The translations under genes and the position numbers were made by a program. This document shows, one piece after another, positions 10,469-18,642 of a DNA stretch of 45,401 bases. Position 1 is the stretch's first letter; the number at the start of each line of letters is the position of its first letter. This DNA is from Gaiellaceae bacterium (GTDB lineage: Bacteria; Actinomycetota; Thermoleophilia; Gaiellales; Gaiellaceae): the NCBI GenBank assembly GCA_036265755.1, contig DATAOL010000027.1, positions 1 through 45,401 of the forward strand, in the 5' to 3' direction. The notes under the pieces were generated by a model, which saw only the letters and a list, made by a program, of their open reading frames with translations, did no database searches and was not told the origin of the DNA.

Positions 10469-11308
10469 TTAGGCGCGACGGTCGCGGATGGTCGCGACGA
10501 GCTCGGCCAGGACGGTCGTGTCAGCGGGAAGCGCCGCGAGGCGCTCGTTGACGCGGGCGCGCGCGGCATCTGCGAGCTCCCTCGCGCGATCGAGCCCATG
10601 GAGGGAGACGTACGTGACCTTCCCCGCCGCCTCGTCCTTGCCGGGGGTCTTGCCTAGCTCCACCGCGGTACCGGTCGCGTCGAGGATGTCGTCGACGATC
10701 TGGAAGAGCAGCCCGAGCTCCTCCCCGAAAACCGCCCAGGGGGCACGCTCCGCCTCCGAAAGCCCGGCGACCGCGGCCGCGCAGGTGACCGATGCGCGCA
10801 GGAGTCGGCCCGTCTTCAACTCGTGCAGGTGGACGAGCCCGTCGCCGTCGAGCTCACCGTTCGTGGTCACGTCGACGTACTGGCCGCCGATCATGCCGAG
10901 CGTCGCCGCGGCGAGCTCGCGGGCGGGCTCCGGGGTCGGATAGGCGAGCACGAGCCGGAAAGCCTCGGTGAGAAGCGCGTCGCCCGCGAGGATCGCCACA
11001 CCCTCGCCGAAGCGCACGTGGGAGCTCGGCTGGCCGCGCCGCAGGTCGTCGTCGTCGAGCGCAGGCAGGTCGTCGTGCACGAGGCTGAACGTGTGCACGA
11101 GCTCGAGGGCGCAGGCCGCAGGCAGGAGCTCTTCCGGCGCGCGGCCGAGCGCCTCGCCCGTCGCCAGGCACAACACCGGCCTGATCCGCTTGCCGCCGCC
11201 GAGCAGGGAATATCGGAGCGCCTCCTCCAGATCGCCGAGCTCGTCGGCGAGGGGCAGCTCTGCGAGGTGTTCCTCGACGAGCTCTCGCAGCTCGTCGGCG
11301 GAGCTCAC
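10469..11308 (-). CDS. Polyprenyl diphosphate synthase (IspA/GGPPS-type, short-chain trans-prenyltransferase)
   Basis: Trimmed from ORF 10469..11572 to GTG 11306-11308 (GTGA overlap with the xseB stop). Contains GGGKRIRP, FARM motif LVHDDLPALDDDDLRRG and SARM motif FQIVDDILD. Confidence 0.9.
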   Translation of the reverse strand: MSSADELRELVEEHLAELPLADELGDLEEALRYSLLGGGKRIRPVLCLATGEALGRAPEELLPAACALELVHTFSLVHDDLPALDDDDLRRGQPSSHVRFGEGVAILAGDALLTEAFRLVLAYPTPEPARELAAATLGMIGGQYVDVTTNGELDGDGLVHLHELKTGRLLRASVTCAAAVAGLSEAERAPWAVFGEELGLLFQIVDDILDATGTAVELGKTPGKDEAAGKVTYVSLHGLDRARELADAARARVNERLAALPADTTVLAELVATIRDRRA

Positions 11309-11493
11309 TCCGGCCCCTCCCTGCGGGCGCGGTCGATCTCGGCCTGGATCTCCTTGGCGAGCTCGGCCAGGCTCTGGAGGACGTCGACCGCCTGCTCGGG
11401 ATCCTCCGTCGCCTCGAGCTGTGCCCGTGCCTGCTCGAGGCGGTCGAGCAGGTCTTGCAGCCGCGCAACCGACTCGGGCTCCTGGGTACTCAT
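11305..11493 (-). CDS. xseB: Exodeoxyribonuclease VII small subunit
   Basis: Trimmed from ORF 11305..11685 to ATG 11491-11493 (ATGA overlap with the nusB stop). 62 aa, helical, MSTQEPESVARLQDLLDRLEQARAQLE...LAKEIQAEIDRA, typical XseB. It sits in the classical xseB-ispA position. Confidence 0.85.
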   Translation of the reverse strand: MSTQEPESVARLQDLLDRLEQARAQLEATEDPEQAVDVLQSLAELAKEIQAEIDRARREGPE

Positions 11494-11870
11494 CGCTTCG
11501 CCTCCTTTGCGACCTTGCCGAGGATGCCGTTGACCAGCTTCGCAGCGTCGTCCGACGCGTACCGCCGTGCAAGGCGCACTGCCTCGTCGATCGCGACCTC
11601 GAGCGGGACCTCGTCGCGCTCCAGCTCGAAGAGGGCGATCCGGAGGATGTTGCGCTCGAGCGCGCCGAGCCGGTCGGGCCGCCACTCGGTGGAAGCCTCC
11701 CCGATGGCAGCGTCCAGGTCAGCCGCCTCCGCCGCCACGCCTTCGGCGAGCTCCTGCGTGTACGGGTCGAGCTCGCCCTCGTAGAGGGAGGCGAGCGGTT
11801 GCCCTGTCACATCCGACTGGTAGAGGACGAACAGCGCCGCGCGGCGAGCTGCGCGCCGCCCCGTGCTCAT
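11490..11870 (-). CDS. nusB: Transcription antitermination factor NusB
   Basis: Trimmed from ORF 11490..12065 to ATG 11868-11870 (ATGA overlap with the accC stop). RRAARRAALFVLYQSD...LERNILRIALFEL...AIDEAVRLARRY...KLVNGILG. Confidence 0.9.
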   Translation of the reverse strand: MSTGRRAARRAALFVLYQSDVTGQPLASLYEGELDPYTQELAEGVAAEAADLDAAIGEASTEWRPDRLGALERNILRIALFELERDEVPLEVAIDEAVRLARRYASDDAAKLVNGILGKVAKEAKR

Positions 11871-13231
11871 GCCGCGCCCCCGTGCAGCGCCTCGAGGGAG
11901 GCCGCCGCGTCCACAAGGAAGGACGTCGAGTAGTCGCCGCTTGCGAACTCCTCGCTGGAGACGATGTCGAGCGCGAGATCCTTCGTCGTCGGTACTCCTT
12001 CCAGCTCGAGCTCGGTGAGGGCGCGCCGGCCGCGTGAGAGGGCAACCTCTCGGTCCTCGCCCCACACGATCACCTTCGCGATCAGAGAGTCGTAAAAGGG
12101 CGGGATCGTGTAGCCCTCCTCCACGTGTGTGTCCACGCGCACGCCGGGCCCGAGCGGAGGGTGGAAGCGCGTGACTTGGCCCGGCGCGGGCCGAAAGTCG
12201 TCGCCGGGATCCTCGGCGTTGATCCGAAACTCGATCGCATGCCCACGGAGCGTGGCCCGGCCTTCCTGCGGCAGGCCCTCACCGGCCGCGACTGCGAGCT
12301 GCCCGTGGGCGAGGTCGATGCCTGTGACGAGCTCGGTGACCGGATGCTCGACCTGCAGGCGGGTGTTCATCTCGATGAAGTAGAACTGCCCGTCCGCGTC
12401 GAGGAGAAATTCCATCGTCCCCGCTCCGCGGTAACGGAGGGTCTCGCAGGCGCGCTGCCCCGCTCCCTCCATCTCCGCGCGGATCTCGGGCGTGACCGCG
12501 GGCGAGGGCGACTCCTCGACGAGCTTCTGATGACGGCGCTGGATGGAGCAGTCGCGCTCGCCCAGCGTGAGAACGGCACCCTCCCCGTCCCCGAGAACCT
12601 GGATCTCGACGTGCCTGGCCCCGACGACGGCCTTCTCCACGTACAGGGAGCTGTCCCCAAAGGCCGACTGGGCTTCGGACGCAGCGGTGCGGTAGGCGGC
12701 CTCGAGCTCGCCCGGGGCCTCGACGAGCCGCATGCCGCGGCCGCCACCGCCCGCCGAAGCCTTGAGGAGGAGCGGGTAGCCGATCTCGCCCGCAACGTCG
12801 CGCGCCCCGTCCAGATCGACGGCTCCGTCCGACCCGGGCACGAGCGGCACGCCAGCCTCCGCCATCGCCTCCTTCGCCGCGATCTTGTCGCCCATCGTCT
12901 CGATCGTCTCAGCGCGCGGCCCGATGAAAACGAGATCGTTGTCCTCGCAGGCGAGCGCGAAGGCCACGTTCTCGGCAAGGAATCCCCAGCCGGGGTGAAC
13001 CGCGTCGCACTCGGTCGTCGTCGCGGCCGCGACGAGGGACGGGATCCGCAGGTAGCTTTCGGCCGGAAGCGGCGGGCCGATTTGGACAGCCCGGTCGGCC
13101 ATACGGGTGTGAAGGCTGTCGCGGTCCGCGGTGGAGTAGACGGCGACGGTCTCGATGCCGAGCTCGCGGCAGGCGCGGATGACGCGGACGGCGACCTCGC
13201 CACGGTTTGCAATCAGGACGCGCCGAAGCAT
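11867..13231 (-). CDS. accC: Biotin carboxylase subunit (acetyl-CoA carboxylase type)
   Basis: 454-aa ORF. MLRRVLIANRGEVAVRVIRACRELGI, ATP-grasp region [32 protein letters not shown]. Confidence 0.95.
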   Translation of the reverse strand: MLRRVLIANRGEVAVRVIRACRELGIETVAVYSTADRDSLHTRMADRAVQIGPPLPAESYLRIPSLVAAATTTECDAVHPGWGFLAENVAFALACEDNDLVFIGPRAETIETMGDKIAAKEAMAEAGVPLVPGSDGAVDLDGARDVAGEIGYPLLLKASAGGGGRGMRLVEAPGELEAAYRTAASEAQSAFGDSSLYVEKAVVGARHVEIQVLGDGEGAVLTLGERDCSIQRRHQKLVEESPSPAVTPEIRAEMEGAGQRACETLRYRGAGTMEFLLDADGQFYFIEMNTRLQVEHPVTELVTGIDLAHGQLAVAAGEGLPQEGRATLRGHAIEFRINAEDPGDDFRPAPGQVTRFHPPLGPGVRVDTHVEEGYTIPPFYDSLIAKVIVWGEDREVALSRGRRALTELELEGVPTTKDLALDIVSSEEFASGDYSTSFLVDAAASLEALHGGAA

Positions 13232-13277
13232 CGCTTTCCATTCGCCCTCGGCACATTTCGCGCACCACTCGCGCAGT

Positions 13278-13296
13278 TTTCAGCGATAGGCTGAAA
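13278..13296. promoter_or_regulatory. Perfect AT-rich inverted repeat TTTCAGC-N5-GCTGAAA in the AccB-fusion/accC intergenic gap
   Basis: tttcagc gatag gctgaaa has 7-bp arms and a 5-nt spacer. It lies in the only sizeable gap (115 nt) of the efp-to-pyrG gene chain. It could be an RNA hairpin or a dimeric-regulator operator. Confidence 0.3.
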
Positions 13297-13346
13297 GTGG
13301 AGGGAGGCCCGCGGCGGCCCCGAAATCTCCTCGTCGCGAAAAGACA

Positions 13347-15167
13347 CTAGAGGGCGTCGAGGGGGCGGCCGTTCAGAGGCTCCAGCTCGAAGAGGAGCTG
13401 GCCATACTCGACCGGCTGCGCGTTCTCCACGCAGACCTTGCGCACGACCGCCTCCACGTCCGCCTTCACCTCGTTCATGAGCTTCATCGCCTCGAGGATG
13501 CAGAGCGTCTGCCCCGGCGCGACGGGATCGCCCTCCTCGACGAACGGCTCGGCTCCGGGCTCGGGCGCCCGGTAGAAAGTGCCGACCATCGGCGACTCGA
13601 CCCGGATCGTGCCGTCGGCCGGCGGCGCGATCGAAGCCGCGGCCTCGTCGGTGACTCCCCCGGCGACCGGCGCGCCGACCGCTGCCCCGGCCATCGCCGC
13701 GGTCTCGTCGCTTCGCCGCACCGTAACGCGCGTCTCGCCTTCCTCGATCGTCACTTCACCGATCCCCGACTCCTGCACGATGCGGATGAGCTCGCGGATC
13801 CTGTCGGCCTCAGCCTGCTCGATTCCCGCGCCCGCGAGGCTCTCGGCGTCGCCGCCGCGACTTCGGATCGAGCGGAGCAGCGGCTCGGCCTCGTCTCCGA
13901 AGAGCGCGAGGAGAAGAAGCTCCTCGTCACTCGTAGCCAACCCCTCGGCAGCATCGCGGACCTCGTCGATCTCCATGGGCTCGTCGTTGCGGGTGGCACC
14001 CTCGCCGATGAGCTGGACTGCCCGGCGGACGACCGGGTCGATCTCTCCGGGCGGCGAACCGAACCGCCCCTCGATGAGGTCGCGGAGCTCGTCGACGACG
14101 ATCTGCCAGCGCTGCGCGGAGAGGACGTGCAGCACCGCCTGGGAGCCGAAGATCTGCCCGATCGGCGAAGCGAGCGGCGGCCAGCCGCACTCGCGCCGGA
14201 GCTCGGTGAGCTCGTCGAGCACCTCATCCAGCCGATCGGAGAACCCATGTGCCCGCAGGTTCGCGTCGAGCTCGGCGACGAGCCCTGCCGGAAGACTGTG
14301 CTCGGCGGCCCGAACCGCAACCCGCGGCGAGAGTGGCGGAACCGGCGCGTCGCCGAGCGCGTCGTCGACCAGCTCGGAGCCTCGCCAGAGCGTCTCGAGG
14401 TCGACATTCGAGTCGACGTCGAGCCCGGCCAGGGACTGGGTCAGTGACTCGGCCGAAACTCGATGCAGCGAGAGTGCGATCGGATACAGGGCGCACGCGA
14501 TGACGTCGGCACCTGCCCGCGCCGCTTCGAGCGACGACGCGAGTGCAGCGCCTCCCGCGCCCTGGCAGTAGAGACCGACCGGAAGCGAGCTGGCCTCCCC
14601 CACCCGCTCGACGAGCTCCCGCGCCATGGCCGGGTGCAGCGAGCCCGACGGATCGTGGATGAGGACGCGCGAGGCGCCTAGCTCGCTCAGGTGGTGCGCG
14701 CGCTCCATGAGGACGTCCGCGTCGCCGCCCGGCCCCGGGCTGTGCACGAGGCCCACGGCGAGCTCCTTGCCGGCGTCGCGAACTCCGTCAGCGGCATCCC
14801 GGAGGTTGGCGAGGTCGTTGAGCGGGTCGTGGATGCGGAAGATGTCGATGCCGCTCTCGGCCGCGCTCGCCACGAAACGCGTCACGAGCTCGCGCGAGAG
14901 CGGCCGCGACCCGACGAGCAGTCGGCCCCGCAATGCCATGCCGAGAGGCGTCGAGCAGCGCGAGCGGATGGCGCGGATGCGCTCCCACGGGCTCTCGAAC
15001 CCACGCCGGACGGCCGAGTCGAAGCAGCCTCCTCCGGAGACCTCGAGATACGCGAAGCCCGCGGTGTCCAGGATCCGGGCGAGTTCGAGCACGCGTGAGG
15101 ACTGCATGCGCTGTGCGAGCGGCTCCTGCGAGAGAAGGCGGATGCTGGTGTCGACGAGAGCCGGCAC
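13347..15167 (-). CDS. AccB-type biotin carboxyl carrier protein with an N-terminal OadA/PycB-like carboxyltransferase domain that appears to lack its metal ligands
   Basis: 606-aa ORF with a GTG start 3 nt after the efp stop. Residues ~1-450 are colinear with HMGL-like plus PYC_OADA domains (LEVSGGGCFDSAVRRGFESPWERIR, IDIFRIHDPLNDLANL, SDRLDEVLDEL...SPIGQIFGSQAVLHVL). Residues ~455-606 are a complete AccB (IRELIRIVQESGIGEVTIEEGETRVTVRR; SPMVGTFYRAPEPGAEPFVEEGD; CILEAMKLMNE with biotinyl-Lys562 at nt 13482-13484). Confidence 0.9.
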   Translation of the reverse strand: MPALVDTSIRLLSQEPLAQRMQSSRVLELARILDTAGFAYLEVSGGGCFDSAVRRGFESPWERIRAIRSRCSTPLGMALRGRLLVGSRPLSRELVTRFVASAAESGIDIFRIHDPLNDLANLRDAADGVRDAGKELAVGLVHSPGPGGDADVLMERAHHLSELGASRVLIHDPSGSLHPAMARELVERVGEASSLPVGLYCQGAGGAALASSLEAARAGADVIACALYPIALSLHRVSAESLTQSLAGLDVDSNVDLETLWRGSELVDDALGDAPVPPLSPRVAVRAAEHSLPAGLVAELDANLRAHGFSDRLDEVLDELTELRRECGWPPLASPIGQIFGSQAVLHVLSAQRWQIVVDELRDLIEGRFGSPPGEIDPVVRRAVQLIGEGATRNDEPMEIDEVRDAAEGLATSDEELLLLALFGDEAEPLLRSIRSRGGDAESLAGAGIEQAEADRIRELIRIVQESGIGEVTIEEGETRVTVRRSDETAAMAGAAVGAPVAGGVTDEAAASIAPPADGTIRVESPMVGTFYRAPEPGAEPFVEEGDPVAPGQTLCILEAMKLMNEVKADVEAVVRKVCVENAQPVEYGQLLFELEPLNGRPLDAL

Positions 15168-15170
15168 GGC

Positions 15171-15737
15171 CTACGCCCGCGAGATGTAACGCGCCTCGCG
15201 CGTGTCGACCTTGATGCGGTCGCCGACGTTCACGAAGAGCGGCACCTGGACGACGGCGCCGGTCTCCAGCGTGGCGGGCTTGGTCACGTTCGAGACGGTG
15301 TCGCCCTTCACGCCGGGCTCCGTCTCGACGACGGCAAGCTCCACCGAGGCCGGAAGGTCGACCCCGGAAGGACGGCCGTCCACGAGCAGGAGCATGAGCT
15401 CGCTCGACGGCTGCATGTAGGGGAGCTGGTCCTCGAGCTCTGCGTGCGGCAGCGAGATCTGCTCGTAGTTCGAGTTGTCCATGAAGACGACCTCGTCGCC
15501 CGCGTCGTAGAGGTACTGCACGCTCTTCGTCTCGGTATGGACGCGCGGCATCTTCTCACCCGCCCGGAAGGTTCGGTCGACGACGGAGCCCGAGTCGAGG
15601 CTCTTCAGCTTCGTACGCACGAACGCGCCGCCCTTGCCGGGCTTGACGTGCTGGAACTCGACGATCCTCCATACCTGGCCGTCGAGCTCCACATGCATGC
15701 CGTTCTTGAACTGGTTGGTGGAGACGGTTTCCGCCAA
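15171..15737 (-). CDS. efp: Elongation factor P
   Basis: 188-aa ORF with a TTG start at 15735-15737. STNQFKNGMHVELDGQVWRIVEFQHVKPGKGGAFVRTKLK is classic EF-P. Confidence 0.95.
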   Translation of the reverse strand: MAETVSTNQFKNGMHVELDGQVWRIVEFQHVKPGKGGAFVRTKLKSLDSGSVVDRTFRAGEKMPRVHTETKSVQYLYDAGDEVVFMDNSNYEQISLPHAELEDQLPYMQPSSELMLLLVDGRPSGVDLPASVELAVVETEPGVKGDTVSNVTKPATLETGAVVQVPLFVNVGDRIKVDTREARYISRA

Positions 15738-15745
15738 GGCGAGCG

Positions 15746-15751
15746 ATTCTA
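15746..15751 (-). promoter_or_regulatory. Putative -10 box TAGAAT, 8 nt upstream of the efp TTG start; its TAG is the pepP stop codon
   Basis: The minus strand reads AACTAGAATCGCTCGCC-TTG with no SD. The 13-nt string gcgattctagttg (15743-15755) is repeated exactly at 21821-21833. Confidence 0.4.
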
Positions 15752-16804
15752 GTTGAGGGTGGTCAGGTCCTTGCCGAACCCGCTCAGGACTTCCGCTCCG
15801 TCCTCCGTGACGACGGCGAGGTCCTCGATCCGCACACCTCCGCGCCCGGGGAGATACACGCCGGGCTCGACGGTGACGACGTTCCCGGCGGCGAGCTTGG
15901 CAGCGGCGGTCTGGCGGAGGACGGGCAGCTCGTGCACCTCGAGGCCGACTCCATGGCCGAGCCCGTGCAGCACCTCGTTACCCGAGGCCTCGATCTCCAT
16001 CCTCGCGATCGAGTCGATCCCGCGCGCGTCGGCGCCGGCGCGCACCTCGGCGAGGGAAGCCGCCTGCGCAGCCTGGCACACGTCGTAGGCCCGCCGAAGA
16101 TCGTCCGGCAGCTCTCCCGTCGCAAACGTCCTCGTGCAGTCCGAGCAGTATCCCTCCACCCTTGCTCCGAGGTCGACGATCACTGTTTCCCCGGTTCCGA
16201 TCTCCCGCTGCCCGGGATGGTGGTGCGGCAACGCTGCATTCGGCCCTGAAGCGACGGTCGGATCGAAGGAGACGTCCTCCGCGCCGCCCTCGTGGATGGC
16301 CTGCACGATCCACCAGGCCACCTCGGCCTCCTTCCGGCCGACGAAGGGCTGCCACCTCAAGGTCTCCAGCACGTCGTCGACGATCTGGGCCGCGCGGCGG
16401 ATCGCGTCGAGCTCCCCCGGCTCCTTCACCGCCCTCAGCGCGAGAACGACTCCGGCGGTCGCAACGAGATCGACACCCGTCGTCAGGAGATCGGCGTGCC
16501 GGGCGACGGTGAGATGGTCGGACTCGAAGCCCACCGGAGAATCCGCGAGACGGCCGAGGTTGGCCGCGATGCCGGGCAGGAAGTCGCGCTCGACCATGAC
16601 CACGTCGACGCCTTCGACCGACCGAGCGGCCTCCGCATAGCGCCCGTCCGTCATGAGCACCACCTCGTCAGGCGCCACGAGGATGAACGCGTTCGAGCTC
16701 TCGAACCCGGTCAGATAGCGGACGTTGATCGGATTCGACACGAGGTACGAGGCGACCTGGAGCCGCTCGAGCTCGGCGCGGAGCCGGTCGACGCGGCCGT
16801 TCAC
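15749..16804 (-). CDS. M24 family Xaa-Pro peptidase (PepP/PepQ-like)
   Basis: Trimmed from ORF 15749..16915 to GTG 16802-16804 (GTGA overlap with the aroQ stop). Has a creatinase-like N-domain and the M24 core (DLGARVEGYCSDCTRT, HGLGHGVGLEVHE, TVEPGVY). Confidence 0.9.
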   Translation of the reverse strand: MNGRVDRLRAELERLQVASYLVSNPINVRYLTGFESSNAFILVAPDEVVLMTDGRYAEAARSVEGVDVVMVERDFLPGIAANLGRLADSPVGFESDHLTVARHADLLTTGVDLVATAGVVLALRAVKEPGELDAIRRAAQIVDDVLETLRWQPFVGRKEAEVAWWIVQAIHEGGAEDVSFDPTVASGPNAALPHHHPGQREIGTGETVIVDLGARVEGYCSDCTRTFATGELPDDLRRAYDVCQAAQAASLAEVRAGADARGIDSIARMEIEASGNEVLHGLGHGVGLEVHELPVLRQTAAAKLAAGNVVTVEPGVYLPGRGGVRIEDLAVVTEDGAEVLSGFGKDLTTLN

Positions 16805-17238
16805 GAGCCCTTCCCTTTGCCCACGAGGAACACGAGAGCCTCGCGGTATCCGTCCGGACCGTGTCCGATGACGCGATGGTCGACCACGTCCTCGATCACG
16901 GACACGCGCCGCCACTCCTCACGTTTGGCGATGTCGGAGAGGTGCACCTCCACGACGGGAACCGAGAAGAGCTCGAGCGCGTCCCGAATCGCGTAGCTGT
17001 AGTGCGTCCACGCGCCCGGGTTGACGACGAGGCCGTCCGCCCAGCCGCGGGCCTCGTGGCAGAGGTCGATGAACTCGCCCTCGTCGTTTGTCTGGTGGCA
17101 GCGAACGGAGCAGCCCACCTCCCGTGCCCACTCGTAGATGCGCGTCTCGAGCTCGGGATAGGCCATCCCTCCGTAGAGGGCCGGATCGCGGTGCGCGAGC
17201 GCGTTCAGGTTCACCCCGTTCAGGACCAGGACCTGCAC
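16801..17238 (-). CDS. aroQ: Type II 3-dehydroquinate dehydratase
   Basis: 145-aa ORF. VLVLNGVNLNALAHRDPALYG..., HQTNDEGEFID, NPGAWTHYSYAIRDAL, VEVHLSDI. Confidence 0.95.
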   Translation of the reverse strand: MQVLVLNGVNLNALAHRDPALYGGMAYPELETRIYEWAREVGCSVRCHQTNDEGEFIDLCHEARGWADGLVVNPGAWTHYSYAIRDALELFSVPVVEVHLSDIAKREEWRRVSVIEDVVDHRVIGHGPDGYREALVFLVGKGKGS

Positions 17239-17247
17239 CGGCCGAGT

Positions 17248-18642
17248 CTACTTCCGGATCAGGGCGTCGAGAGCCTCGCGTGCTGGCTCGTCCGCGACGG
17301 TCGTGACGATCGGCCGGCCGGGCCCCTCGAGGAGGACGAAGACGCCCTCGCCTTTCTTGTCGCGCTTGAGCGCAGCCCAGGCGGCCTCCCGGTCGGCCGA
17401 GACCGGCTCCGGGCGCAGCACTTCGTCGACGGGATCGGTCGGCTGGCCCGAGAGACGCAGCGCCGCCAGCAAGCCGAGCGCCACGGCGTCCCCATGGGAA
17501 ACCGTGTAGCCCGATCCCGTCTCGAGCGCGTGAGCGAACGTGTGCCCGAGGTTGAGCACGGTTCGGCGGCCTTCCCGCTCGAACGGATCCGAGAGGACGA
17601 CGCCGGCCTTGTAGGCGGCACAAGCCCGGATCATCTTCTCCTCGCCGAGCGCCCAGACATCCTCGCCTGCGAGGAGTCCCGTCTTCACGACCTCGGCCAT
17701 ACCGGCCCGCCGCTCGGTCTCCGGGAGGGTCTCGAGATAGGCGCGGTCGATGATGACCCCGGCCGGGAAATGAAAGGCGCCCGCGAGGTTCTTGCCCTCC
17801 GCCGTGTCGATACCGGTCTTCCCGCCGATGGCGGCATCGACCATGCCGGTGAGCGTCGTCGGGACCGCTACCCACGGGACGCCGCGCAGATGCGTCGAGG
17901 CCGCGAATCCGACGACGTCGGTCGTCGAGCCGCCGCCGAAGGCGAGAAGCCAGCCGTCCCTCCCGATGTCGAGCTCCCTCCAGAGCCGCTCGACCACCGC
18001 GAGCGTCTTGGCGGCCTCGCCGGCCGGGAGCGAGAGGGAGGGACCCGGGACGGGCGGCGAATGGAGCTGCAGCACCCGCTCGTCGGCGACCACGACGGAC
18101 GGGCCGGCGAGGCGGAAGGAGCCCCCGCCGAAGCCGATCCGCAGGGCGCCAAGGAGAACGCCGTCCGGGTCGTCTGCCGTCCACTGCGCGACGGCGGAGT
18201 AGACCTTCCCGCGGTCGTCGTAGAGACGCCTGAACGCAGCCTCGTCCCGGGCCAGAGGCCGGTTCGAGCCACGCACGCGCTCCCATGCACTGTCGACGTC
18301 CACGTCGAGCAGGACGGTGTACGCGTGGGCCGAAAGCCGCTCTCGCGTCCTCGCGGAGAGGACCGCGCCCCCGCCCAGCGCGAGAACCGCGGGCGGACCG
18401 GCGAGAGCCTCGGCGACGACCTGCTCCTCCAGTCGGCGGAACTCCTCCTCCCCGCCCTCGAAGAGCTCGGGAATCGGGCCGTGGCGACGCTCGATGTCGG
18501 CGTCCGTGTCCACGAAGGGCCGGTGGATCCGCTCGGCGACGGCGCGGCCGACGGTCGTCTTGCCCGCCCCCATGAACCCGATGAGGGCGAGGTGCTTGCC
18601 TAGCGCCCCGACCACGGGATGCGCTCCAGGTACGCGCGCCAC
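17248..18642 (-). CDS. aroB: Bifunctional shikimate kinase / 3-dehydroquinate synthase (AroK-AroB fusion)
   Basis: 464-aa ORF. The N-terminal ~150 aa are shikimate kinase (LIGFMGAGKTTVGR, DTD, GGGAV). The remainder is DHQ synthase (FGGGSTTDVVGFAAS, VPTTLTGMVDAAIGGKTGI, GKNLAGAFHFP, LNLGHTFAHALE, HGDAVALG). The start is GTG at 18642 (43-nt overlap with aroC) or GTG at 18615. Confidence 0.9.
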   Translation of the reverse strand: MARVPGAHPVVGALGKHLALIGFMGAGKTTVGRAVAERIHRPFVDTDADIERRHGPIPELFEGGEEEFRRLEEQVVAEALAGPPAVLALGGGAVLSARTRERLSAHAYTVLLDVDVDSAWERVRGSNRPLARDEAAFRRLYDDRGKVYSAVAQWTADDPDGVLLGALRIGFGGGSFRLAGPSVVVADERVLQLHSPPVPGPSLSLPAGEAAKTLAVVERLWRELDIGRDGWLLAFGGGSTTDVVGFAASTHLRGVPWVAVPTTLTGMVDAAIGGKTGIDTAEGKNLAGAFHFPAGVIIDRAYLETLPETERRAGMAEVVKTGLLAGEDVWALGEEKMIRACAAYKAGVVLSDPFEREGRRTVLNLGHTFAHALETGSGYTVSHGDAVALGLLAALRLSGQPTDPVDEVLRPEPVSADREAAWAALKRDKKGEGVFVLLEGPGRPIVTTVADEPAREALDALIRK

